In this document: piece by piece, positions 56,701 through 64,000 of the stretch
How the letters are laid out: each line of letters begins with the position of its first letter
Numbering within the stretch: the stretch's first letter is position 1
Source: an uncultured Methanomassiliicoccales archaeon
GTDB taxonomy: Archaea > Thermoplasmatota > Thermoplasmata > RBG-16-68-12 > EA-27
Assembly: GCA_964396265.1 (NCBI GenBank)
Contig: CAYNEM010000008.1
Coordinates: forward strand, 72,500 to 136,499
Length of the DNA stretch: 64,000 nt
Direction: 5' to 3'
The notes under the pieces: generated by a model
Told to the model about the DNA's origin: nothing
Seen by the model: the letters and a program-made list of their open reading frames with translations, nothing else
Databases searched by the model: none
Position numbers and translations under genes: made by a program

Positions 56701-57198
56701 TCATCCTCCCCCGGCGCGGTTCCCGCACTGCCAGCAGAACGTGTCGTCGGAGGTCAAGCGCGCGCCGCAGAAGATGCAGAATCTTGAGTCCACCCGCTTT
56801 GGCGGCGGTGGATAGGAGTGAGTGCCCGTGGGAGGAGGCGACCGTCGAGGGGGCGATGCGCCAGCAGGTGGAGGAACCGTGGAGCTCGGTGGCGCCACGG
56901 TCCAACGCGTGCCGGGACTGGCTTCCCTCACCGGTGGGGTCGCGGACCCCTTGCGGTCGAACACCGCTCCGCACTCCGTGCACGACGGCTGATCCGCGGT
57001 GACCTGGGCCCCGCAGATCGGGCACACATACCCGCGGAAGACGGGTCCGCGCTTTCCGAAGCCGAGGTCCCGGTCGGTCAAGAACCCGCGTTCCCGGCCC
57101 GGGTCGAACCCGAGCTCGCGGTCGGGGTCGAAACCCCGGTCGCGATGCGGATCGAACCCAAGGTCCCGGTTCGGGTTGAACCCTAACACTTCAGGCAT
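56701..57198 (-). CDS. Octapeptide-repeat (xLGFDPxR x6) double zinc-ribbon protein
   Basis: N-terminal tandem units VLGFNPNR/DLGFDPHR/DRGFDPDR/ELGFDPGR/ERGFLTDR/DLGFGKRG. Then CPICG…CTECG, a Pro-rich linker, and CIFCG…CWQCG. Confidence 0.6.
   Translation of the reverse strand: MPEVLGFNPNRDLGFDPHRDRGFDPDRELGFDPGRERGFLTDRDLGFGKRGPVFRGYVCPICGAQVTADQPSCTECGAVFDRKGSATPPVREASPGTRWTVAPPSSTVPPPAGASPPRRSPPPTGTHSYPPPPKRVDSRFCIFCGARLTSDDTFCWQCGNRAGGG
57053..57195 (-). repeat. 24-bp tandem repeat x ~6 (coding for the GFDP octapeptide repeats)
   Basis: The plus strand shows period-24 units gtcgaacccgagctcgcggtcggg / gtcgaaaccccggtcgcgatgcgg / atcgaacccaaggtcccggttcgg. Confidence 0.7.
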
Positions 57199-57280
57199 AG
57201 GACCCCTCCAACCAGCTCCTCTGGACGCACGCTATGGAGAGGCTCGATATTAAGCGTTATGGGGATGTCCACGGGAGTCC

Positions 57281-57748
57281 CTAGACGAAAACCCGTTTCT
57301 CCTCCTTCACGATGTTCAGCACGACCTGCGTGTACGTGCGCTCCACGTTCTCCATGACGACGAGCTTCTTGATGAACGCGTCGAGCTCCCGCGTGTTCTT
57401 GAACCGCACCATGATCACGGAGTCCCACTCGCCCGTGACGTCGTACACCCCGAACACCCTTTCGTCCTTCGCGATCTTCCGCTGGACCTCGAGCAGCTTC
57501 CCGCGCGAGATCTTCACCCCGATGACGGAGATCACGTCGTAGCCGATGCGCTTCGGGTCGACGACGGGGACGTATCCCATGATGACGCCGCTCTCCTCGA
57601 GACGCCGCACGCGGTTGCTCACCGTGCTGATGGACACGCTGAGCGACTTCGCGATCGCGCGGAACGACCGGCGCGCGTCTTCGTTCATCTCGTGCAGGAT
57701 GCGGATGTCGAGCTCGTCGACCTTGGCGGCGGTCGGGGGTTCGTCCAT
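57281..57748 (-). CDS. lrp: Lrp/AsnC-family transcriptional regulator
   Basis: HTH (LDIRILHEMNEDARRSFRAIAKSLSVSISTVSNRVRRLEESGVI) plus a RAM/AsnC_trans C-domain. Divergent from glnA. Confidence 0.88.
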   Translation of the reverse strand: MDEPPTAAKVDELDIRILHEMNEDARRSFRAIAKSLSVSISTVSNRVRRLEESGVIMGYVPVVDPKRIGYDVISVIGVKISRGKLLEVQRKIAKDERVFGVYDVTGEWDSVIMVRFKNTRELDAFIKKLVVMENVERTYTQVVLNIVKEEKRVFV

Positions 57749-57762
57749 AGGACACGCATGCC

Positions 57763-57778
57763 GTTCAAGGGTTTGAAC
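57763..57778. promoter_or_regulatory. Inverted repeat GTTCAA-N4-TTGAAC adjacent to the lrp start (candidate autoregulatory operator)
   Basis: The sequence gTTCAAgggtTTGAAc lies 15 nt upstream of the lrp ATG on the minus strand. Confidence 0.35.
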
Positions 57779-57847
57779 CTTGCTAAGATTTCGTGCGTTT
57801 TCCGAGCAAATGTCTAGTGTCCTATGTGATTTCGATACATTCGTTTG

Positions 57848-57872
57848 GTTCTTGCCGAAGAACGTTTAAGTA
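57848..57872. promoter_or_regulatory. Palindrome GTTCTT-GCCG-AAGAAC immediately followed by TATA-like TTTAAGTA upstream of glnA (candidate operator overlapping BRE/TATA)
   Basis: Perfect 6-4-6 inverted repeat at 57848-57863. An A/T box at 57865-57872 lies ~82 nt upstream of the glnA ATG. Confidence 0.4.
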
Positions 57873-57953
57873 TGAACGGTCCAATGGCCGCAGAAGCGAC
57901 CCGAAAGAAGGGGCGCCGGACACCCCTCAGGGCCGGGATTCGGGAGGATTCAC

Positions 57954-59411
57954 ATGACGAAAACTGGAAGCAGCGAAGGAGCCGCGCGCGTGATGGCGAC
58001 CGTCCAAAAGGAGAAGGTCCGCTGGATCGACCTGTGGTTCGTCGATCTTCTGGGCAGCCTGCAGCACATCACGGTCCCCGCGAACACGGTCGGGGAAAGC
58101 GACTTCAAGGACGGGATCGGGAAGCTCGACGGATCCTCGATCAAGGGCTTCAAGGAGATCCACGAGTCGGACATGGTCCTCTACCCGGACCCCTCCACGT
58201 TCGCGATCTTGCCGTTCTATGGGGAGGCGGACAAGACCGCGCGGTTCATCGTGAACGTGCACGAGGGCGGCTCGCACGAGCGATTCTCGCGCGACTCCCG
58301 GTTCATCGCGCAGAAGGCGGCGAAGGCGGCGGCCGACGCGGGGTACGACACGACGTACTGGGGCCCGGAGATCGAGTTCTTCGTGTTCGACGGCGTCCGC
58401 ATGCTCCCCACCCCCGACGCATTGCGGAACCCGTGGAGTGGCTGCGGCTATGAGATCCTTTCCAGCGAGGCCCCGTGGGCGGACAACGGCGGCAAGAGCT
58501 ATCCGATCCGATTCAAGGAGGGTTACTACCCGGCGCCGCCGCAGGACAGCCTGCAGGATTACCGGAACGAGTTCTGCCGTATCCTGATGGACAGCTTCGG
58601 CATGACCCTCGACGCGCACCACCACGAGGTCGCGACCGCCGGCCAGGTCGAGATCGACATGCGGTACGACGAGCTCGTCACGATGGCGGACAGGGTCGTG
58701 ACGTACAAGTACGCCGCCAAGATGGTCGCCGCCAAGTTCGGGAAGCTGGCCACGTTCATGCCGAAACCGATCTACGGCGACAACGCGAGCGGGATGCACG
58801 TCCACCAGTCGCTCTGGACGAAGGGCAAGAACGCGATGTACGACCCGAAGGACGAGTACGCGGAGATCTCGCAGACGTGCCGCTACTACATCGGCGGCCT
58901 CATGGAGCACGCGCGCGCGCTGTGCGCGATCACGAACCCCACGACGAACTCCTACCGCCGGCTCGTGCCTGGGTACGAGGCGCCCGTGTTCATCGCGTGG
59001 TCTAGGCGGAACCGGAGCGCGAACGTCCGCATACCCATGTACTACAAGGGGATCGAGCACGCGAAGCGCATCGAGTACCGGACCCCGGACCCCTCGTGCA
59101 ACGCCTACCTGTCGTTCGCCGCCATGCTCTGCGCGGGCCTCGACGGCATCAAGAAGAAGATCGACCCCGGCGACCCTGTGGACGAGGACATCTACAAGCT
59201 CGATGCTTCCAAGAGGAAGCAGTACGGGATCCGCGAGCTCCCCGGGTCGTTGAAGGAGGCGGTGGACTTCCTGAACACGGACTACATGTTCCTCAAGAGC
59301 GTGTTCACGCAGGACCTCCTCGACAAGTACGTGGAGCTCAAGGTCGACGAGCACCTGCAGACGTCGCTGCGGCCGAGCCCGTACGAGTTCTACCGCTACC
59401 TGGACGCGTAG
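57954..59411 (+). CDS. glnA: Glutamine synthetase type I
   Basis: …VRWIDLWFVDLLGSLQHITV… beta-grasp N-domain and the catalytic domain (…MHVHQSLW…, …NPTTNSYRRLVPGYEAPV…). Confidence 0.92.
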   Translation: MTKTGSSEGAARVMATVQKEKVRWIDLWFVDLLGSLQHITVPANTVGESDFKDGIGKLDGSSIKGFKEIHESDMVLYPDPSTFAILPFYGEADKTARFIVNVHEGGSHERFSRDSRFIAQKAAKAAADAGYDTTYWGPEIEFFVFDGVRMLPTPDALRNPWSGCGYEILSSEAPWADNGGKSYPIRFKEGYYPAPPQDSLQDYRNEFCRILMDSFGMTLDAHHHEVATAGQVEIDMRYDELVTMADRVVTYKYAAKMVAAKFGKLATFMPKPIYGDNASGMHVHQSLWTKGKNAMYDPKDEYAEISQTCRYYIGGLMEHARALCAITNPTTNSYRRLVPGYEAPVFIAWSRRNRSANVRIPMYYKGIEHAKRIEYRTPDPSCNAYLSFAAMLCAGLDGIKKKIDPGDPVDEDIYKLDASKRKQYGIRELPGSLKEAVDFLNTDYMFLKSVFTQDLLDKYVELKVDEHLQTSLRPSPYEFYRYLDA

Positions 59412-59442
59412 GGTTTCGAGAGTCTCGTGGACGAATCCCGCT

Positions 59443-59925
59443 CTAGGGAGTCGGGGGCGGGGCGGGGAACTGGGGCGGAGCCATGGCCGCGCGGGTCCGG
59501 CTCCGCTTGCGCAACCAGAGGAGGCTCCCACCGCCCGCAGCGGCGGCCGCACCCACGCCTCCCGCGATGAGGAAAGGCGCGGCGCTGAACGGCCTCTTCA
59601 GGTCGTAGCTCACGATCGTGAGGGTGTCGGCCGTGTTCTTGAACGTGAATACGTATTGCCCGCTCGCGGTCGCGGTAAACTTCCCGATGCCGACCATCGC
59701 GGACGTCGAGAAGACCTCGCCCGTCCCCTCGCGGTCGATCGTGAACTTCGCAGAGCCTCCGGACGAGTACGTCCACTCGACGACGTCTCCCGCGTTGAGG
59801 GTCATGGTCGCGACCACGGACTCCTGTCCCCCGCTCAGTGTCGTGACCCCCGACTCCGCGGCCACGGGGCCGGCGAAGAGCGCGAGGGCAAGAACCACCG
59901 CCAAACCTGCGATCACAGTGCGCAT
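59443..59925 (-). CDS. Small secreted beta-rich protein with C-terminal hydrophobic anchor + basic cluster (PGF-CTERM-like?)
   Basis: Signal peptide MRTVIAGLAVVLALALFAGPVAAE. The C-terminus is SAAPFLIAGGVGAAAAAGGGSLLWLRKRSRTR plus a 17-aa Pro-rich tail. Confidence 0.5.
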   Translation of the reverse strand: MRTVIAGLAVVLALALFAGPVAAESGVTTLSGGQESVVATMTLNAGDVVEWTYSSGGSAKFTIDREGTGEVFSTSAMVGIGKFTATASGQYVFTFKNTADTLTIVSYDLKRPFSAAPFLIAGGVGAAAAAGGGSLLWLRKRSRTRAAMAPPQFPAPPPTP

Positions 59926-60029
59926 GGCTCCGTCGCACGCCTCGGCGGCTAAGAAAGCACCCCTCCCGTTATCGCCCAGCGAACTCATGGAAGGCCAGAG
60001 TTTAAGGGGAACCCGGGGATGGGGCGGCC

Positions 60030-60404
60030 GTGGAGCAGCGGGACCCGACCGAGGAGGAGCGCGCGGTGCTCCGCGAGGCCGGGATCATCGACGACCGCAT
60101 CCTCCCGCTCATGGACGTGTACATCGGGGACCGGGTGCGGTGGAAGTTCTTCTACGGTGAGGAGGGGTTCGAGGAGGTCGTGGGCGAGTTCCTCGGCTTC
60201 TACACGCTGTTCGAGAGCCCGGAGGGCGGGGGGGACGTGAACCTCGTCCTCAAGATCGTGCGCGAGGGGAAGCCCGTCGTCGTCTACAAGGACCGCAACT
60301 TCCTCGCAGAGTTCGAGGTCCTCGAGGCGAACGCGGCGGCGCGCGAGCAGTTCAAGCAGATCCACGAAGCGCACGGGCGTCGTGTCGGCCGCGAGTTCGG
60401 CTAG
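60030..60404 (+). CDS. Hypothetical protein
   Basis: Protein-like composition (…RWKFFYGEEGFEEVVGEFLGFYTLFESPEGGGDVNLVLKIVREGKPVVVYKDRNFLAEFEVL…). Confidence 0.45.
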   Translation: MEQRDPTEEERAVLREAGIIDDRILPLMDVYIGDRVRWKFFYGEEGFEEVVGEFLGFYTLFESPEGGGDVNLVLKIVREGKPVVVYKDRNFLAEFEVLEANAAAREQFKQIHEAHGRRVGREFG

Positions 60405-60790
60405 GCCCTCGGCGCCTCGAGCCTCGCCTCGTTCGCCGCCAGAAGGAAGTCCCACGCGGCGTCGGGGTCGAAGTCCCCCGGACGGACCGTGAGTCGGACC
60501 CATCCCCGATCGACGTAGCCGCGGACCTCGAGGGCGCCCACCACCGTTTCGCATTCCACGAGGCTAGCAGGAACGCCCTTCGCGAGGGAGGCGGCCAGGG
60601 AGAGGCCCCGGCGGCGGTCGTCGAACCGGAGCGGGCTGAGGTCCACGGTCTCGTCGTCCACGGCGGCATGGAGGGCGCTCGCCAAGGCGGGGCTCGCGCG
60701 GAACACGATGCGGCCGGCCTCGTTCACCGCCAAGGAACCCGAGCGGGTCGGCCGGCCTTCCTCGACGATCGGCACCGACGCTCGGTCCAT
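60401..60790 (-). CDS. Hypothetical protein
   Basis: Protein-like (…GYVDRGWVRLTVRPGDFDPDAAWDFLLAANEARL). Start set at the internal ATG (MDRASVP); the ORF is open to 60862. Confidence 0.35.
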   Translation of the reverse strand: MDRASVPIVEEGRPTRSGSLAVNEAGRIVFRASPALASALHAAVDDETVDLSPLRFDDRRRGLSLAASLAKGVPASLVECETVVGALEVRGYVDRGWVRLTVRPGDFDPDAAWDFLLAANEARLEAPRA

Positions 60791-60828
60791 AGGGACGCGA
60801 AGACGTGTGCGCGATAAATATGCTTCGT

Positions 60829-61041
60829 TCACGCCACCGTCGGGACGCGCGAGGTGCGCCATTCCCCGGGCATCGGCCGTCCCTGCTCGTCGCGCCGCCA
60901 GTAGTCCTCAATCGCGCCAATCGAGACCGTCGGGCCGAGGAGCTCGACGACGACCCCGTTCCGCGCGGCCGCGTGGAGCGTCGCCTCCGTCTCGTTCTCG
61001 AACACGCCCACGTACAGCTTCTGCAGGTGCCACCAGAGCAC
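60829..61041 (-). CDS. Hypothetical small protein (~70 aa)
   Basis: The C-terminal 70 aa (LWWHLQKLYVGVFENETEATLHAAARNGVVVELLGPTVSIGAIEDYWRR…) are protein-like. The N-terminal extension to 61131 is Arg-rich. GTG 61039-61041 is a candidate start. Confidence 0.3.
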   Translation of the reverse strand: MLWWHLQKLYVGVFENETEATLHAAARNGVVVELLGPTVSIGAIEDYWRRDEQGRPMPGEWRTSRVPTVA

Positions 61042-61430
61042 GAGGTACCGCGCGAGGGGCTTCGCCGCGGCTCTCCGCGTGACGCCCGTCCGAATCCCAC
61101 GCGGCCGACGGCCGCCTCTCGTTGCCGTCACAGCCCTCGGGGACGATGTATCCGGAGCGGGGGCTTAAAACCTCCATCGCCGCCAAGGCTTTGGCGGGAG
61201 CCGCCATGGGTGGCTCGTGCCCAAGCGCAAGGAGCGGCCGCCGAAGGACGCGCGGAAGAAGGAGAAGAGGTACCGACGCGGAGGCCGCAAGGGTCGCCGG
61301 GCGGTCGCCGGGGACACGCGCCCTCGTTCCTAGGGTTTCCTCGCCCGTGCTCCTCATCATGAGAATCACGGATGACAGCCGCACCGAAATCGTTAGGTCT
61401 GGGGAGCGTCTACTGTCAAGACGATTGCAC

Positions 61431-62162
61431 ATGCAGGTACGACTTCTGAGGGCGGTTAGGGGGCCACGCGTGTTCTCTCTCGCGATTGCGGCTGTCCTCC
61501 TAGCCTCGAGCCTTGCGATGCTCGGCGCCGCCGCGGGGCCGTCTTCTCCGCCGCAGCCGTCGTCCCCCCTGCCGCCCTCGAACGACCTGTGCGGCAAGAC
61601 GATCGTGGCGGACCTGGAGCTGGACCACGACCTCATCTGCATGGGCAGCGGCATCACCGTGGGAGCCGACGGGGTGGAGATCGAGCTCAACGGTCACTCG
61701 ATCACCGGGCCCAGCCGCGGTCCCCCGACCCGGGGCATCACAGTGATCGGACGGACCCACGTGTCCATCGAGGGCCCGGGCACCGTGACGAACTTCCGGA
61801 CCGGCATCCTGATCTCGAACTCGCACGACGTCGAGGTGGAGAAGGTCACGGTTTCCGGCAACGGCTTCCGCGCGTTCGGTGACGGCGACGGGATCCGCAT
61901 CCTGGGCTCGACGCACGTCGAGATCGAGAAGTGCGACATCCGCGGGAACGGCAACGATGGCATAGAGATCCGGTCCTCCACGGACGTCGAGCTCGAGAAG
62001 AACAAGATCTCGGAGAACGGGAACGGGATCGCGCTCGCCGCTACTGGCAATGAGATCGAGAAGAACAAGATCACCGCGAACGCCTGCGGCGTGAAGGGCT
62101 CGACGAGCGGGAACGAGCTCCACGGGAACAAGCTGAAGCTGAACACCGTCGACTACTGCTAG
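61431..62162 (+). CDS. Secreted right-handed parallel beta-helix repeat protein (NosD/CASH-like)
   Basis: Signal peptide MQVRLLRAVRGPRVFSLAIAAVLLASSLAMLGAAAG. Repeating ~22-aa PbH1-type units (…ISNSHDVEVEKVTVSGNG…, …GSTHVEIEKCDIRGNGNDGIEIRSSTDVELEKNKISENGNGIAL…). Confidence 0.7.
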   Translation: MQVRLLRAVRGPRVFSLAIAAVLLASSLAMLGAAAGPSSPPQPSSPLPPSNDLCGKTIVADLELDHDLICMGSGITVGADGVEIELNGHSITGPSRGPPTRGITVIGRTHVSIEGPGTVTNFRTGILISNSHDVEVEKVTVSGNGFRAFGDGDGIRILGSTHVEIEKCDIRGNGNDGIEIRSSTDVELEKNKISENGNGIALAATGNEIEKNKITANACGVKGSTSGNELHGNKLKLNTVDYC

Positions 62163-62246
62163 GCTACGACCCGGCTGAGGCGTTTTCTCGAGTTGACTGT
62201 TTAGGCGGCGCCTTCGACTGTGGAGGCGGCCCGGGGCTCTCAGCAC

Positions 62247-63005
62247 CTAGTCCAGCACCGCGTCGCCGATCTCAAGGTCGTCGTAGAACGCGATCCCTTG
62301 CATGATGGGAGTGAACGCGTCCTGGACGATGAAACCGGAGAGGACCTTGTGGTTCGGGAAGTTCGTCGTGAGGAAAGCGTTGATCTGCGCGAAGGTGCAC
62401 ACGAACGAGCCGCAGATGATCGAGGGGGTCGCGCCGGTCAGCTGCGAGGTGTCCCATCGCTGGCCCCCATCCGTCATATCGAGGTACCGCCACACCTGCT
62501 GGGCGCAGCCAGAGAAGGTGGCGAATGGACCCATGTATCCCCACGCGCTTCCCTCGGCCGTCCCGTCGCCGTTGAGGTCGACGCGGAGCGTGATGCGCGG
62601 GGATCCTCCGAAGCAGTCGATGTTCACGAGGTAGACATTGAACGCGATCTTCCGGTCGAGCGTGCCGATCGGCACGCCGAGCGCGATCGAGGCGCCCCCG
62701 AACGTGCCCGCGGGGAACGTGTCGACCCGGATGACGTCGTTGCCCAGGAACCTCACCCTCTGTGCGGTCCCGAACAGCTGCCATTTGGGATCATCCGAGC
62801 CATCATCTTCGTCGTCATCATCATTGTCGCCATCGTGGTCACCGTCCCAGGTGCCGGTGTGGTCCCCGTAGAAGTTGTTGAAGTGCGACGACTCGGAAGT
62901 CGACGGCGAGGTCGAGACGGAGGAGAGGAGCGGCATCTCGCCCAAGCTAGCAACAATCAACGCCACGATCGCCACGACCGCCAGAACCCAAGGCCATCTC
63001 TTCAT
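62247..63005 (-). CDS. Secreted hypothetical protein with poly-acidic stretch
   Basis: Signal peptide MKRWPWVLAVVAIVALIVASLG and the acidic run DGDHDGDNDDDDEDDGSDD. Cys-containing C-domain; no family recognised. Confidence 0.5.
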   Translation of the reverse strand: MKRWPWVLAVVAIVALIVASLGEMPLLSSVSTSPSTSESSHFNNFYGDHTGTWDGDHDGDNDDDDEDDGSDDPKWQLFGTAQRVRFLGNDVIRVDTFPAGTFGGASIALGVPIGTLDRKIAFNVYLVNIDCFGGSPRITLRVDLNGDGTAEGSAWGYMGPFATFSGCAQQVWRYLDMTDGGQRWDTSQLTGATPSIICGSFVCTFAQINAFLTTNFPNHKVLSGFIVQDAFTPIMQGIAFYDDLEIGDAVLD

Positions 63006-63127
63006 TTCAGCATCCCCGCATGTGTGACTGGGGGCCACCGAGTCCAAGTCTGCGTATTGAGATTAGCGTGCCAATTCTGATTCTGAGCAACCAAGACGTC
63101 CTTCCGTCGTTCCAGTGGTTCCCGCGA

Positions 63128-63226
63128 TGGATCACGGGCACCGCGGGCGGCGTGAAGGGCTCGAGGGACGGGAACGAGTTCGAGAAGAACCACTTCAAGG
63201 ACAACGTCGCCAAGTTCTGCGCGTAG
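63128..63226 (+). pseudogene. 3'-terminal fragment paralogous to the end of the beta-helix gene (gene remnant)
   Basis: ITGTAGGVKGSRDGNEFEKNHFKDNVAKFCA* aligns to the ITANACGVKGSTSGNELHGNKLKLNTVDYC* end of 61431-62162. DNA similarity is also evident (…ggcgtgaagggctcga…gggaacgag…). Confidence 0.45.
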
Positions 63227-63410
63227 GCGATCGGGTATCGCGGGAGTCTCCACGCGGGGGCTGCCCCCCCGATTGAATCTGCACTCGCTTGAGGAGGTTC
63301 AACGTTGAGATGAACCGGACCAGCGCCTGGCTGGGACGCTAGCAGCCGGGATGTGGGCTCCGACGCCCCTCCGCAGGTATTAGATAGCAGCGCGGCATCG
63401 ATGAGGCCGA

Positions 63411-63935
63411 ATGGCACACGGCGCGTGGACCGGTCGAGTGGTTTCCCTACACATTACGCCGGAGCGAGAACAGCCAACGCGCTCCGTTGAGCGCGTCCGC
63501 GCCGTCCCGGGGCGTGGCCTCGAGGGGGACCGGTACTTCCTCGCCCGAGGCACGTACTCCGACCAACCGGGGCCGGGGCGGGAGGTTACGCTCATCGAGC
63601 TCGAGGCGATCGAGGCGATGGCTCGCGACAATGAGACTCGGATATCCCCCGGCGACGCGCGGCGGAACGTGGTGACGCGCGGGGTTCCGCTCAACCATCT
63701 CGTGGGTCGTGAGTTCCTCGTCGGGAACGTGCGGATACGCGGCGTCCGGCTGTGCGAACCGTGCGCCCATCTAGAAGGTCTGACTCGGCGCGGCGTGCTC
63801 TCGGGCCTCGTCCATCGAGGGGGCTTGCGTGCCCAGATCCTCACGGAGGGTGAGATCCACGTGGGCGATGGGATCGAGCTGCTTGGGGAGACGGCGGTCG
63901 CGTCCGGACCCCGCGAACGGGTTACGGATCATTGA
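63411..63935 (+). CDS. MOSC-domain protein (YiiM-like)
   Basis: …GLEGDRYF…REVTLIELEAIEAMA…GDARRNVVTRGVPLN…GVRLCEPCAHLE… shows MOSC beta-barrel signatures with the conserved Cys. Confidence 0.75.
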   Translation: MAHGAWTGRVVSLHITPEREQPTRSVERVRAVPGRGLEGDRYFLARGTYSDQPGPGREVTLIELEAIEAMARDNETRISPGDARRNVVTRGVPLNHLVGREFLVGNVRIRGVRLCEPCAHLEGLTRRGVLSGLVHRGGLRAQILTEGEIHVGDGIELLGETAVASGPRERVTDH

Positions 63936-63963
63936 GACACGCGGCGGAGGCGTTTACGCCGAG

Positions 63964-64000
63964 AGAGCCGCAGGGGGGAATTGAACCCCCGACCTGCGCC
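63964..64000 (-). tRNA. Partial tRNA (3' half; T-arm and acceptor 3' strand), truncated by window end
   Basis: Reverse complement is …GGCGCAGGTCGGGGGTTCAATTCCCCCCTGCGGCTC, giving a T-stem GGGGG/CCCCC and a TTCAATT T-loop. The 5' half lies beyond position 64000; anticodon not visible. Confidence 0.45.

Noticed and set aside
60805-61362. 185-aa plus-strand ORF
   Set aside because: Arg/Pro-rich junk translation. The opposite strand encodes a more protein-like small ORF, and the beta-helix gene starts at 61431 with a clean signal peptide.
1-64000. CRISPR arrays, rRNA genes, IS transposases, integrases, and phage structural genes
   Set aside because: No regular repeat-spacer periodicity, no rRNA-like conserved stretches and no transposase/integrase-like ORFs were recognisable. 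The only tandem repeats found are intragenic coding repeats.

Overview
High-GC (~65-68%) archaeal chromosomal segment. Archaeal identity follows from uS13-uS4-uS11-Rpo3/RpoD, a group II thermosome, Cdc48/VAT, a PRC-barrel protein, an Lrp-glnA pair and DUF217-VapB/VapC. The lineage cannot be fixed from sequence alone; a Thermoplasmatota/Euryarchaeota-like guess is inference only. Core content: a 5'-truncated rps13, then rps4, rps11 and rpoD. After the gene neighbourhood described below come ygfZ, a tRNA-Leu(CAG)-associated accessory patch (SAM-methyltransferase, VapBC), a glmM-glmU-GT4 UDP-GlcNAc/glycosylation cluster, and a JAMM protease with an orphan Phd antitoxin. A split NAD kinase/IMPase pair follows, then a chaperone supercluster (thermosome, grpE-dnaK-dnaJ, cdc48), an NfeD-flotillin operon, lrp<->glnA, a beta-helix protein and a MOSC protein. 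The striking feature is the density of giant surface proteins: five genes of 1127 to ~2518 aa take up ~26 kb of the 64 kb. Three of them (FG-GAP beta-propeller with a VPEP-CTERM-like tail; BNR propeller + vWA/MIDAS; LamG/Ig/cadherin-like + TM + ~800-aa cytoplasmic coiled coil) sit in one neighbourhood around a shared divergent promoter. Together they look like an integrin-like alpha/beta adhesion module, which I flag as the most interesting candidate undescribed system. Other signals: an apparent 1-nt frameshift in a ~2500-aa BNR/FN3/TSP3 protein with a 10-TM C-terminal anchor; a tandem 582-bp intragenic duplication; a 24-bp x6 coding repeat in a double zinc-ribbon protein; palindromic operators in the lrp-glnA intergenic region; and a duplicated 3' gene fragment flanking an inserted secreted-protein gene. 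No CRISPR array, rRNA or obvious transposase/integrase was seen.
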